DNA of 64,000 nt from Camelus ferus (Eukaryota): NCBI RefSeq assembly GCF_009834535.1, contig NC_045698.1, positions 97,278,001-97,342,000 of the forward strand, read 5' to 3'. Both the position numbers and the translations under genes were made by a program. Below are positions 20,000 to 34,300 of this stretch, in pieces. Under the pieces are notes generated by a model. The model saw nothing but the letters and a program-made list of their open reading frames with translations. It was not told the DNA's origin and searched no databases. How positions within the stretch are numbered: position 1 is the first letter of the stretch; each line of letters opens with the position of its first letter.

Positions 20000-21600
20000 C
20001 TTCAAGCTTCAGCTCAGATAAAACCAGACTGGAACTCAATCTAATGGGGAAGACATAATAAATAAACACCTGAATAAATCCCAATTTAAATCATTATTCA
20101 AATAAATAGCATTAGAGCTATGACAGGTGTAAGAAAGAGAGAAATTAGAGTAATTTAAAAGGATATTTAGCCCACTCTGGGGTGTCAGGGAAGGCTGTAA
20201 GGAAGTGATGTTGGAGCTGAAACCTATTAAAATAACCAGGAGACACTTAGCAAAGGGGGTAGGGGCTGGTGAGTGGCAAAGGGTCCCAGAAAGAGGAAAC
20301 AGTATGTACAAAGTCTCTCAGAAAAAAGAAAAAAAGTCCCTCAGTCAAAAGGGTTGGCTGAGTGTAGTAACTAAAAAGCTAGCATGGCAGAAAAGAAAAA
20401 GATGTACAGGGCAGGCAGGGGTAGAGGCCAGAAACTTGGTAAAGCCTTGTGAAGCATTAGGCCATGCTAAAGACTTTGCTGACTTTTATTCTGGAGGCAA
20501 AAGAAAGGTACTGAAATATTTTAAGCAATAGGGTGACATTCTATAATTTATGCTTTGAAAAGATCTCTCTGGTTGCAACAAGGTGTACAGATCAGAGGGG
20601 GCCTTGAGTAGATACATGGAGACAAGTTAGGCAAGCTGCAGTGGCTTTTGTCAGAGAAAGTGGATGGTAGTTTGGGAGTCAGATGGTGTCAGAGGAGATG
20701 AAGAAAGAAGATGGATTTAGGATATTCTGGAGGTAAAACTGATAGAATTTAACATTGGAGAAGATATTGGGAAAAGGGAGCCGAGGTGTTTTAGTTGTCT
20801 GTTGCTACAAACTACCACAAAATGCAATGGCTTAAAACAGCAACCATTGTATTATTTGCTCATGATTCTGCCGCTTGAACCAGGCATGGCGAGGCAGCTC
20901 ATTTCTGCTGTGATCATCAGCCGGGGTGGAATAATCAGTTTGGCTCAGATTATGTGTCTGGGTTCAGTTCTTGCTGCCAGCTCAGTTGTTTGGTTCTCCT
21001 CTGCATGGCTTCTCCACGTGGTTAGCTTAGTGGTCTCGGGTGGTGGGATTTACATGGCAGCTGGCTTCCCCTAAGTGTAAAAATGGAAGCTGCTAGTTTT
21101 GCCACATTCTCTTGGTTAAAGATCAAAAGCCAGTCCAGATCAGAAAGGGGACTACACAAGGCCATGAATATTAGGTGTGGTCCATTGGGGGCACCAAACT
21201 AAGTCTACCATACAAAGTCTCCTGGGTTTCTGACTTTCAGACGTGGCTGAATGATGGTGCTATTTATGGAAATGGGAGCATTCTAACAGAGTTGCTTCCA
21301 TCTCCACTGGAAAAAAAAATCACTGCACTCTGTATGGATGATTATATTTCAAGTCTCTCCTCCTCAGAACTGCTTTCACTGATCCTTTATCCTGAATTAA
21401 ATCCCTTTGTTACAGATTCTCAAGGTTCTCTTGGTCTCCCCTTTGATAATCATTCCACTGGGAAGCATTGCCTAAAGTTGCCTTCTCCATTAGATGTGAA
21501 TTCCAGAAGCCTGGGTGCTGAATCTCAGTTGTTTCCTGAACTCCCCACCCCCAAAATTCAGCCCACCATCATAAGTTCTCCATCTTTGCTGAATTGAATT
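20000..21600 (-). mobile_element. L2 LINE remnant interrupted by an MLT1 LTR (about 20788-21213)
   Basis: L2-like ggccatgctaaagactttg...tttgaaaagatctctctgg. MLT1 start gttgctacaaactaccacaaaatgcaatggcttaaaacagcaa. Confidence 0.6.
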
Positions 21601-22012
21601 TCATCTCAATCTCTCTTCAAAATGGAGAGCCAACTGAACAAAGTACTGTATTTCTAAACCAAGACTGCTAAATGTGGGCCATTAAGAAAGCTAGCAAGGA
21701 ACTGGGATAATACCTGATTACCTGATTTGCAGATGCTAAATAGATGTTATGTGTACATTGGCTGTAATATGCTGCACCTGCTGTTATCTGATGGAAAACA
21801 AATATAGAACAGGTGATGCCACCAATGCTATCTATTGTTCTAAACACCAATAATTCCACTGATGAATGAGGAAACACTGAAGCAGAGGTCATCAGCTTTT
21901 CTAGTCCTAAGTGGCTCAAGGGAGCCAGGCAAAATGCAGTACTCAAGGGTGCCATGGGCAAAAGTAAAAGAACAAAGGAAAAATATAAAGCCATTCTTTT
22001 TATATAAAATCA

Positions 22013-22018
22013 TTTAAT
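22013..22018 (-). terminator. Candidate DNAJC18 polyadenylation signal ATTAAA
   Basis: tttaat on the + strand in an AT-rich context at the end of a repeat-free stretch about 3.2 kb after the stop. Inferred. Confidence 0.35.
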
Positions 22019-25000
22019 TTCTTTCTCTGGTAAAATACACTCAATCCAGATGCAGTGGATCAGGTGACCAGATTTTTTCAGGAGTCTTACTCCACCAGGA
22101 GCTGATTCCATCTGTGTCAAACCTGGCTCTGGTCACAGAACATTCACATCTTTAATTCCAAATACTGAATGTGATGTAAATGATGTAATCAATATCTAAC
22201 ACATGAGTATATAGTTACTTGGTGGTCACTGCACGAGGTATCAATAATGCAGGCTCAAAAAATTAGATGTATAGTAACTTGGCCCTTTCCTGAAAATAAA
22301 CATATTAGGACACTAAGCTTACACCTTAAATAAATCCAAAATAAATACTAAGTAAGTGCTAGCTCCTGTGAGGAACATTGCATGCAGACAATGAACTCAC
22401 ATGTGTGGCCATTCGTAATACAAAGCCCTGGAATCCCAACAGTGCCTCCTCACAAAGCCAGTCCTGATGTGTAAGGATGTACATGAGAATAACACACAGC
22501 TTGGCCTGGCTGCTGGATTCCACGTTCCAGTGGGATTTGGAGTTCAAGCGTAATTTCTAATAGTTTCCAACAGAAAGCAGAGCAGTGGCATTTTCTTACT
22601 GGTCACTTCTCCCAAGCTGTGAAGCCTGGATCTGATCAAGGAAGTTCAGAAGTCTTCTGGTTTGAGTAGATGAACCCCAGGGCTGTTAACCTGGGGACAC
22701 GGATTCCTTCAAGCTGCAGCGTCCTTTGTGATGGGAAGGGTTTCCTTCCTCCCCTCCTCACTGCTGATCACACAGTGCACAGAGCACCTTCATTCCATGA
22801 ATGAGAGCTTCACTTTCTGCTTGAGCCTCAAGCCCTGTTTCTGAGCCCCACTCCCATCACATCTCCAGTCTGCCTTCGTGCTCACAGAAATAGTCTAGAG
22901 CTGCACGCCAGGTTCTGATCCAAGAATAAGACATACCTAAAGAGTTTATAAATGATAAAGAACCTTCCAAATGATGTAGGCAAGAGGAAAATGCTTATTT
23001 TACCACCATGCACACAACCCATCTAAAATGCAACCCAGGAAATTATAGTTTAACAATATTCTGGACAGTACCAAATAGATTAAACTATCCTTCAACCTAA
23101 AGCAAATACCATTCCCTTGAGGAAAACCAGATGTGAGTGTTGTAGTCTATTAGGTAATAAATAAAACAGTACCATCAGTGCTATAAAAACAGACAACAGA
23201 CCTGACATTTAATGGAGTGAGTTAGCATTGCCTCTATTTAGTATTATCACAGATAACTCATCTCTGCCAGGAAATCCATAAAATGTGTGACTTTGCTATT
23301 CATGGCCATCTAGAACAGGGTCTTTTTACCTGTCAAATCAGTTTAATTATGGCCCATTTTCTAGCAGAGGTTGGGGTTGGGGAGAGGAGAGCTTTGATTT
23401 CCCTGTGTATGGGAAAACAACTTTCACAGCCTATTTGGCTCACAGGTACACTTTACAGTGTAAATCCCCTTGGTTACTCAGAGGGGATCAAGGAAGCTCC
23501 CCCACCCCAAACTAGGATAGACCCAGCTGGGTGATGAAATCTGGCCATCTCTGGAACTGCTCTCCCTCCCTACAGCTGAGCAGGTATCCCCTACCAGCCA
23601 CCAAAGCCCCACTCTTCACCTCTGAACCCATCTCCTGACCCTGTAGGATGCCCACACGTTGAGTCATGCTAGACATGTCTGCCTAAATCATGGCTATGCA
23701 TCTGAAAGAAAAATCTCTACTTTGGAAATTAGTTTTAGTGTAGACTCTCCTTCCAACAGGAACTTTTCTTCTATCCTGAAGAAAACACAGAATGTAGACT
23801 AGAGTCACATACTGACCCTTCCAGGTTCAGATTCATGATAAAATCTGGGCAGCTCAATCCTGGTAGCTCAACTCCACAGCAAGGCCCAGAACCACATAGT
23901 CCAGGTAACAACTTACCTCTTCCTTGTCACCAGTGGGAAGAGCTGCCTGCTTTTGTTCTGTGTACAGAATTGGTGTAGAGAGGTGTCCCGAGTGGATGCA
24001 GGACTGCCACAGAAAGGATGCTGGGTCCGGTGGTGGGGAGGGGCATCCTTGGGAGATTGTGCTTTACCAACATGGCTAGAATTACCTGAGAAATGGGAAT
24101 GACCACACACTTCCTACTTGATAATCAGCCTACCATCTAGCTTTGCCACAACCAATTGTATGACTCAAGTCAACCATGCATTCTCTCTGGACCAATGTTC
24201 TCATTCCATAGCAGGCACTCAACAAATGTTGACTACATGAAAAAGCATCTCATATCACAAACTACAGGGAACTGGTTAAACAAAGTGACTGCTGGGGCCA
24301 AGGCCAGACCCCCAGAACCACAGAAAGTCTTTCCCCTCTACCTTGAGGCTTGAGCAAACAGCCCAGCTAGCTGGCAATGCCTCCTCTTAGGTCTGACCAC
24401 CGTACCTCCGTGGGGTGAAGGGACTCAGCCCGTGTGTGATGCTGCAAAGGGAAATGACAAAAAGAACATTCTCTGGGTTCTATGATGGACTAGGGAAACT
24501 GCACTGATCAGATGAGAGTCAGCCTTGCATTTTACCTTTAACCCTGGCCCCTGCTTCCATGTGTCCATTGAACTGTTTCACTCAATAGCTCTTAATTTCT
24601 GTACCCTTTACAAGAGGGAGTATTAAGGAAGTAAAAGAAACTCAAATCAGGCTGTTTGCTAATGCTAGTAATGCTGAACAGAGATTAGGCAAATAGAAAA
24701 CTGTGGACTACAACAGTTTACATTTCTCCACATTCCCCTCAGAAAATAGAAAGCCGAGTTGGGAGCATGTTCCAATGGCTGAATCCTGGGGGGAGATGAT
24801 GACTCTGATGAAGTGAGAGGTATAATTCTTGGTGCACATGTTAAACCACCAATATGAAGCTGCTTTGGCTAAGCCTAGGAATGACTGGTTATTGAGACTT
24901 CACTGAAGAAGGAAGAAAACATGAATCTGCTCTGGGGTGCCCTGAACTATGTTCCCAGAGTCAGGGTAGGAGTGGAGCAGGGGGCTGAATCTAACGCTCT

Positions 25001-25233
25001 GCCGTTCAATCAGCTTAGATGGACTGTTCCTGGCCCCTGGAGCCAATCCCCAGGAAGGATTCTGTGATGATAAGTCTGGCTCCATGCTGAAGCGCCTCCA
25101 ACTCTGCCCACCAAACAAAGCTAGCAAATTGTAAAATGTTCATCATTTCCTAATTTTGTGTTATAAAATGGAATTAGGAACATAAACAGTAACAAGTAGC
25201 AAAACCCCGAGCCTGCGTAGGACAAGCATCCTC

Positions 25234-25358
25234 TCAGCCACCTCTGCGTAGGCCAATAAGNNNNNNNNNNNNNNNNNNNNNNNNNNNNNNNNNNNNNNNN
25301 NNNNNNNNNNNNNNNNNNNNNNNNNNNNNNNNNNNNNNNNNNNNNNNNNNNNNNNNNN
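25234..25358 (-). CDS. DNAJC18: DNAJC18 exon 8 (only 25234-25260 visible; remainder in N gap)
   Basis: CTT ATT GGC CTA CGC AGA GGT GGC TGA = LIGLRRGG*. The 5' boundary is inferred from the recalled human length. Confidence 0.75.
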
Positions 25359-28300
25359 NNNNNNNNNNNNNNNNNNNNNNNNNNNNNNNNNNNNNNNNNN
25401 CTCCTTTGTTTCATCTCAGTACTTCTGGAATCAAAGCTTCTTTTACTTTAATGTTTTTTCTTTCAATTAAATTTAAGAAACACTCATTTACTCAAGAAAC
25501 ACATATCGGGCAGCTACACCACACCAGGTGCTGAGGATTAAGGGACACTTGTGATCCTGGAGTCCCACAGTAACGGGCTCTATTACAAAAGCACCAGACT
25601 TAGTTCTTATCAATAGAACATTTGGCACCAGATTTAGGAAACCTGCACGTGTGCAGTAACAGGAGACTCTGTTTCAGGGCATTTCTGTGAATGGTATTCA
25701 GATGGCAGTTGGGAGTGAATGGAGTCCAATGGCCTGTTCCTGTCATCTGAAACAAAGATAGCTGCTTCACTCTTCCCCTGCCTCGCCGGACTGTAACTCA
25801 TACACGCTGACTGACACACAGCCTACCTCTGCTGGGCATGCCCTCTCCAGAAGGCCAGGTTGCTGGTGGCTTTCTTCATCCCTTCACCACATGCAAGGTC
25901 CCTAATTCAAAGGCCAAAGGCAGCTGAGCTCTTTTAAAAGTGAAATCATCTGGATCCAGTGACCTCTGTCTCCTTGACGAAATGTATTTCATTTTCTCTT
26001 CGTGGTAGAGAAGGTCATTCTATTTTTAACCAGAATATAATCTCTGCTGTCTTCCCCAACTCAACAGTGGTTTGGCTGCCTCTATTTTTTACTCTTTTGT
26101 ATGATTTCAGAGACATACTTAGGAAGTAACGCCTGAAAAGCACCTCCAGAGACGTGCTGTGTATTAACAGGATGGCGGGCTTGGAGGGGCTACGTGGCTT
26201 CTGAAAGCCTCTGACAGCAGGGAGCTACTCAATGTTTAAAGGGTCATACTTGTGAAAATGCTATTTTAATCATTCTGAAATATGTCTATCCATTCTTAAT
26301 CATTTTACTGACAGATTTTGTTTTTCTTGGTGGAACGAGTGGCACCTGTCTGATTAATCAGCAAACTGCCTGGAAACAGGAATTAATACTTAGCCAGGAG
26401 GAATATTGGGCATTGGTTTCTGAATAAGTTTCCATCAACACAAAAACACTGGCATTTCTGCTCACAATGATTCTCTTTACACCAAGTAATGCCCAAAGTA
26501 CAGATTAAGTGTATGACTCCAAGGTGAGGGGTGGGAATGCATGAAAACCCACCCTCTACAATGGAGGCTCAGAGCCTGGGCACTGGCCCAGCAGTCGCTT
26601 GGCAAGCAGCAGGTCTCCCAGGCTCCAGAACAATGTGCCCTCACTCCGTGGCGTGGGGCCTGCGGTGCCTGCCAGCCAGAGCTTGCCTTGGCACAGGCAT
26701 CCTCGCAGGTGATGCAGCTTCATGGAGGATCATGTGCCTCACCCAAATGAAAGCCCTCTGCTCCTTCCTTCAGCCCAGAGTGCGGCTCTATTTCTCTGGC
26801 TTCTCTGGCATGTGGGAAACCTCTTCAGTAGGGCTCTGTGAAATCAGTCTATGCCTTTTGTCCTCTGGGGTCACAGTGACACCAGTATATACAGCACATT
26901 TTGTGGCTCTGCTTTTCCTTGAAATGATTTCCTTAGGTTTTGTTTACTGATCTTATCCAAATGTCTCATTGCCTGAAATCTCATTCCAGAAAACATTAAG
27001 GCTAGTGATTCTTACTATCTTCTACACTAACAATCACTGTAATAAGCTTATAAAAGAGAACTGCACATCCATGAATGCTTCTCACAACATCACTTGCTTT
27101 TCATAAAGTTCACTGAAACCAGGTTTCAATGCTCCAGAGGCTGAGACCCCCTGCTCCAGAGCAATGACCTTGTACAACGACAGTGTTGCAAGGAACCATG
27201 TCCCCATGACCACGCTTGGAGAAACCTCTCTCCAAACTGCCAGTGAATCATTTTGTACTTCAATGAACAAAAGGTCAAATCAATGAATATGTTACTTTTC
27301 ACAAGTTCTGTTAATGTTCAATAACTTCTAAGAAAAAAGATCTTTGGCAGGAACAGGATCAAGAGAACAACATCTCTGCAAAATGTTTCCCTTGCCCTGA
27401 ATGCCGGTATAATGGATGGACAGAGCACTGAGCCTTCAGGGTAAACTGACTCAGGCAAATTACCAACAGAGGCAAGTCTCAGAGCCTCTCCTAAAAACAC
27501 TCTGCACAAGAACTCAGATTGGAGTCCTGACAGCTGGAAGACCCCAACAGATCCCAACCACTCTCAGGATCCAGGCCCATGAGACAGTGCAGCATCCAGT
27601 CTAGTCAGGCCAAGCAAGGAAGGACTGGACTCCACCAGGAGTCAGCCACTTACTACATGCCAGACACCATACTAAGTGTTACACTCATACCATCTTCTAT
27701 AATCCATACAACTTTTCTGGGAGGAAGTACATTTTATCCCCATTTCAAAGCCTAAGCTCCTACCCACTCTACTACCCTGCTCCAGGGTGTGGAAAGAAGT
27801 TCTCCTCTGCCAGGCAGGGCTGGGATCTCAGTTCAGCTCACCCAGGTCAGGAGGCAGTTCCTGCCTGCTACTTTGGTCCATCCCAGCCCAGTGGCATGGC
27901 CACTTCCCCTGGCACCAGGCTTATTATCTAGATGCGTCTGTGAAGGAGTAAACAGGGCAATTAGTGTTCATAGTAAGGGATTACTCAGAAATTCACTCCA
28001 ATGAACCATTCTAAGAGCAGAGAAAAGAAATTAACAAAGGATTTAAAAAGACAATGGTTAACTCTGCTAAAAACAGNNNNNNNNNNNNNNNNNNNNNNNN
28101 NNNNNNNNNNNNNNNNNNNNNNNNNNNNNNNNNNNNNNNNNNNNNNNNNNNNNNNNNNNNNNNNNNNNNNNNNNNNNNNNNNNNNNNNNNNNNNNNNNNN
28201 NNNNNNNNNNNNNNNNNNNNNNNNNNNNNNNNNNNNNNNNCAGCCACCAACCTTAAATGCCAGAAATAGATTTTTAAGGGGTGTGTGCTGATAACCCGCA

Positions 28301-31300
28301 GTTTGGAACTTGCCGGTACATGCATCACGCTCACCCACTGGATCTGTTTATACCCGGAGAGTGCCAAAGCCCTGAAACTAGGCTTCATAAGGATGAGGAC
28401 AAAAGCCTAGAAGTCACCTTACGTGTAATCCTTACCATGAGCTCTTTGCATAGTTCCAGCAGGTGTGTGTAAGTGTGTTTGAAGAATGTGAAATGCATAT
28501 TTTAATTGATTTCTTGCAGAAAGCAACAAATTAAAAACCTCAGGGCCTAAAACGATGCTGACTTTTATGACTGTGCCCTTCACCTGATTTGGATCAAGGC
28601 CTTCACCTGATTATAATGCCTTTTAGTCCAAGGCCTTAATCTGGCTCCAAAACTCTTTCCTGATTTTTGAAACTTGTAAAACCTAGTTCAATAATGGGGG
28701 TAGGCTCTCTTTTGGCAGAGAGGAGGATATAGCTAAGTGGTTAGAGTACATGCTTAGTGCATGAGATCCTGGGTTCAATCCCCAGCACCGCCATTAAAGT
28801 AACTAAGTAAATAAACCTAATTACCCATCCCCCCAAAAAACAAAAACAAACAACCCCATAAACAATGCGGTAGGAACTCTGTTTTTTTTTTCCCCAATAA
28901 AAAATCAACTTCCTCCTCCTGCTGAATTCCCCCTTAGATCCCAGAGTCATTGCCCACAAAGCTCCTAATGCACCTGAGAGGTCAGCTGGGCTCTGCCCTA
29001 CAGAAGCAGAGGGCAGAGACAAGGTCCCTCAGGGCCAGGGTTAGGACACTGGCCCTGCTCTCTGATTCTTAATGCTCAGCATTTTCAGTTTTCCAGTCCT
29101 TAGAATCTTCTTTTCAAAAGACATTTGTTGAGCACCTGTTCTGAAGCAAGGACAGTGCCAAGGGCCTGGGCCACAACATTAGTAAGACATGGTTCTTGTC
29201 CTCAGAGAGCCCAGAATCCAGCAGGGAGACTGTCATGTGGCTACAGAACACTAACACTGTGAGGGTGGTACTGTGTTAACAGGATGAGCAAAGTGCTTTA
29301 AAAACACAGAGGAAGGAGAGATTAACTAGGGGGTGGGGTTGATGGGTCAGTGAGGGCTTAGCAGCTCTATGACTGAAGATCTAAATTTATCAGACACTGT
29401 TAGATGTTTATAATACCCAGTAATAAGCTATGAGTTAAAAATGAGTTTGCTTTTTAAAAATTACCCAAGCCAAGTTTTATACGATAATTAACAGACGTAT
29501 GTGTGTGATGTGTGTGGAATTCAAGTGGGATGAAAAGTAAGCCTGTTGGCTGAGAGACAGGGTTGCCCTTGCTACCAGCACTCCCCACTAACACTCACTG
29601 GAGTTGTAAGCCAAGTGGCAACACTGTCACCCCCACTGTCTCCAGAGAGAGAAACAGAGTGGAAGGCCTACTTCAGGGAGGGTCATTTTTGTTCTGTGTG
29701 GCCACAGCTACCTGGAGAGGAAGAGAAGGGGCACATTAACTCAATACCAACAACATATTAAACTGTTTAGGCTGGATCAGTTAGATTTCCCTCCAGGGAA
29801 TGTGGAATTAAGAAACTTTGGACTAAACCAGCTAACTGTTTAAAGAGGGAGCTTGGGATGTACAAACGGGCCAATAACTGGTGGGGCTGGGGATGTTGGG
29901 AGAGTGACTAGGAGGGTAGCAACCAAAATAAACCATAGCAAATCAAGGTGGTGAAGGAAGAGAGCTTGAAGAAGCAAAGGAAAGCAGATGGCAGAGAGAG
30001 GAAAGAGGGCAGATAGGCAGAGAGAGGTAGAGACTAAGAGACAGACAGGCAGATAGGCAACTAGTGCTGCCTTGTTCCTAAGATTTCCAAGTTCTGGCCA
30101 AGTGTATACTGTCAATAATTTTTTTTTTTTGTAGTATCCTGAAAGGGCCTCTGTCCTCTCCCTGTTCATGTAAACAAGTGCAACTCAAACAAGGAGAGAG
30201 GAAGGATCAGGAAGCTGGGGATGCCTCAGGTTGGAAGCATGGCCATCAGCTAAAGCTCCTTTCAGAGCATCTTACTTTGTTGTTTTTCCTTCCAACAAGT
30301 GGTCTGGATGTAATCAATGTAATCCTTCTCTATCGTCTTCTCCAGGTCACGCAGAGATGCTCCTCTGTAGGCCTTGTCAAAGTTTTTATCCACAAAGTAA
30401 GGCACCTGTAGGTTCTGGGTTTCTCTAGAAATGGTGTAGCCCAAGGTCCTGAAACAAGGAGAGGGGTGCTCAGGTAAGCTTGTTACATTTGGCAGTATCA
30501 CTCTCAGCACTGTCCTCACAGACATCATCACAATCACCCCTTCATAAGGCAGATGCAGATACCATTTTCTAATACATCTAACATTTATTATTTCCCAAGC
30601 AAAGCAGTAAGTGTAAGGTAATGATTGTCGATATTACATGAGCATGTTCAAACTAGATCCAGCCTCAACATATTTTACTTTATTCCCTTAAAGGATTTAC
30701 CTCTCTCTCTATTTTTTTTTTTAATTTAAGGCAACCATTATGATGGTTTATTTTACATATACTGTGAAATTATTACTACAATAGGTTCTGCTAACATCCA
30801 TCTTGTATGGATACCATAAAAAGAAAACAGAAAAGAATAAAGGAAAAATAATTTCTCCTTGTGATGAGAATTCTAAGAATTCACCCTCTGAACAACTTTC
30901 CTATCATTTCCTAGCATACAGCAGTGTTAACTATAGTTATCATGTTGTATATCCCTTGTACTTATTCATCTTATAACTGTTAGTTTTTAACTTTGACCAC
31001 CTTCCTCTGATTCTCCCTCCCTCTCCCCTCCACCTTTGGTAACCACAAGTCTGATCTTCTCATCTCTTTTTCTATGAGTTTGGGGTTTTTTTGTTTTTTT
31101 GTTTTTTGTTTCCCAGATTATACATATAAGTGAGATCTTACAATATTTGTCTTTCTCTGTCTGACTTATTTCACTTAGGATAATGCCATCAATGTTGTCA
31201 CAAATGGTAGGATTGCTTCATTTTTTATGGCTGGATAATATTCCCTTGAGTATACATACCACAACTTCTTCATCCATTCATCCACTGATGGACACTGAGG

Positions 31301-34300
31301 TTGTTTCCATGTCTTGGCTATCGTAAGTAATGCTGGTAGAACATGAGGGCGCAGATACCTGGATTCACCTCTCTTACATTGCTTTCTATGCTAAAAGTAG
31401 AATGCTGAATGCTTAAAAAAATAATTATATATTGTGTAGGACCTAGCATGGCACTTGGAATAGAGTAGGCTATTGGTAAATGCTAGTTGAATGAAATGAT
31501 TGTTACAGTAAACTATTTACAAATAACCAGATAGCTCACAGCAACTTAGTTCCAATTTTTAGGACATGATAAAAAGTACTTCACACATAGCTGCTAGGTG
31601 AGAACTGCAAAAAAAAACTCAGATAAAAAGATTTCAGTGATACTTCCAGGCTAACTCTCTGTGGGTCTGAGATATCCAATGGTATCCGGTGCTCAGAAAC
31701 AAACAAGTCTGGGTTAACTAAAGTCTAACCATAAGGAAGCATAGAAGGGAGCTCAAATTCAAGTTAAAGCAGAGTGAGAGTAATGTGCAAAATCCAAGCT
31801 GATTTTGTTCAGACTAGAAAAATTCCATCCTAAATGAGTTATATTTGACCTTCTCCCAGCCTTCTTTGATCTCTCGGCTTAGGGATCTTGCTGAATGTCT
31901 AAGAACATAGGCCATGACTGCTCTCATCTGCCTCTGGGAAGCTGTTAGCAGGGCAGGTTCCTGCCTGTCCCACTGGTTGACAAGAAAGGAGGTAGCAGTA
32001 GCCTATGGAGAAACATGGAAGTCAAGAAATAGAGGGAATCACAAGATATCTTTCCATTTCTTTGTATCATCTTCAATTTCCTTCATCAGTGTTTTACAGT
32101 TTTCAGAGTACAGGTAACTTCCTTCATTAAGTTTATTTCTAGGTATTTTGTTGTTTCTGATGCAATGTAAATGTTTATGCTAGTTATAAAATTCTGGTTT
32201 TTGAAGTGAAAAAAAAAAGTGAATGAAGGGCCGCAAAAGGCAAAATATCCTTCTTTTTTATGGTTGAGTTGTATTCTATTACATATATATGCTACATCTT
32301 CTGTATCCATTCACCTATTGATGTGCACTTAGGATGCTTCCATATCTTGGCAATTATAAATAATGTTGCTGTTAATAGCGGGGTGTATATATCTTTTTGA
32401 ATTAATGTTTTTGTTTTTCTCGNNNNNNNNNNNNNNNNNNNNNNNNNNNNNNNNNNNNNNNNNNNNNNNNNNNNNNNNNNNNNNNNNNNNNNNNNNNNNN
32501 NNNNNNNNNNNNNNNNNNNNNNNNNNNNNNNNNNNNNNNNNNNNNNNNNNNNNNNNNNNNNNNNNNNNNNNNNNNNNNNNNNNNNNNNNNNNNNNNNNNN
32601 NNNNNNNNNNNNNNNNNNNNNNNNNNNNNNNNNNNNNNNNNNNNNNNNNNNNNNGAGTGATGCTGAGCAACTTTTCATGTTCCTGTTGGCCATCTGCATT
32701 TCCTCTTTTGTCTGTTCAGTTTTTCTGTGCATATTTTAAATGGCTTGGTTGGTTGGTTGGTTGCTTTTTAATTGAACTACAGTTGACTTAAAACATTGTA
32801 TTAGTTTCTGGTGTACAGCATGGATGGACTTGGAGGGCATTATGCTAACTGAAATAAATCTGACAGAGAAAGACAAATATTGTAAGACATCACTTACATG
32901 TAGAGTCTAAAAAAATACAACAAACTAGTGAATATAACAGAAAAGAAACAGATCACAGATGTAGAGAAGGAACTAGTGGCTACCAGTGGGGAGAGGGAAA
33001 GGGAAGGGGCTGATGGAGGTGGAGGATTAAGGGGTACAAACTATCAGGTATAAAATAAGCTACAAGGATGTATTGTACAACATCGGGAATATAGGCAATA
33101 TTTTCTAATAACTATAAATGGAGTATAACCTTTAAAAAATTGTGAATCACTATATTGTACACCTATAACATATAATATTGTATATCAACTATATTCCAAT
33201 TTAAAAAATATGATATTGTAAAATAAATATATAAATAAATCTTAAAAAAAAAAAGAAATAGAGGTAATCAAGCCAGCATGACCTGATAGCAAACTCTCTC
33301 TGAGTTTCAGCTTTCCTCTGTACAAAATGAAGATACTGATCTAGAATGACAGTCTTCAGTCTATAGTGATCACCAACAAGAGCTCTTCCTGCCCCATGGA
33401 CTCCACACGTGGAAACGTTTTTGTTTACTAAACTATAATAGTAACTAATGACTTATTTCTCATTGTTAAATTAAAAAAATAATCCAGGGATTCTCAAACC
33501 TTAGTATGGACCAGAATTATCTGGAGGGCTTGTTAACAACTCATATTGCTGGAATCAGAGTTTCTGATTCAATAGATATGGAGAGAAGACTAAGAGTCTG
33601 CATTTCTAATATGTTGCCAGTTAATGCTGATGATGTTGGTCTAGGGACCAAACTTTGAGAACTGAATTAAGTGAAGTAATTAATTGAAGAAATCTAAAAA
33701 TTCCTATCAGACCTCATATTTTCCATGCAATACAAACTTTATAATGAATTTCTATATTTTCAGCAAAAGCAAAGAAATGAGATACTATGGCTTGACTATG
33801 TAGCCTTACTGTGAATAAATGTCCCATTCTTGCAATTTTTAAATTGGAAATATCACTGGATCCTAGTTACTCTGTTCTCAGATTCACAGGGGTCCAGCAA
33901 TACTATCACAAGCTCAGTAAGGTCCTTTCTGACTCTAACATGGTGTGATAAGGATTTACTCTGAACCTAGAGTTATTCTATTACTCCTTCAGAAACCAGC
34001 TGTTGCTGTTCTGCAGCTGACCGAATGATGTCGCTGCAGAACAAAACAATCCATGGCCTGAGTGTACAGGAAACTGCCTACAGTATTTCTGAGTTTGTAT
34101 TATTACTATCCAGCTGCTCCTTGAAACACAAAATCAGTGTTTTCTACAACAAAAGGTGAAATGAAATGTTAATAATGTACTAGCAAAACATTCAAGTCTT
34201 TCACCAGATTATTAAGAAGATTTATAAATATTTGACTTACGATTTATAGAATAGACTATATGGGGGATTAGCAGCTAGCAGCTGAGTAATGACAGATATA

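Noticed and set aside
25634-25819. 61-aa minus-strand ORF in DNAJC18 intron 7 as an alternative terminal exon
   Set aside because: No support beyond the ORF, and exon 8 already accounts for the full-length protein.
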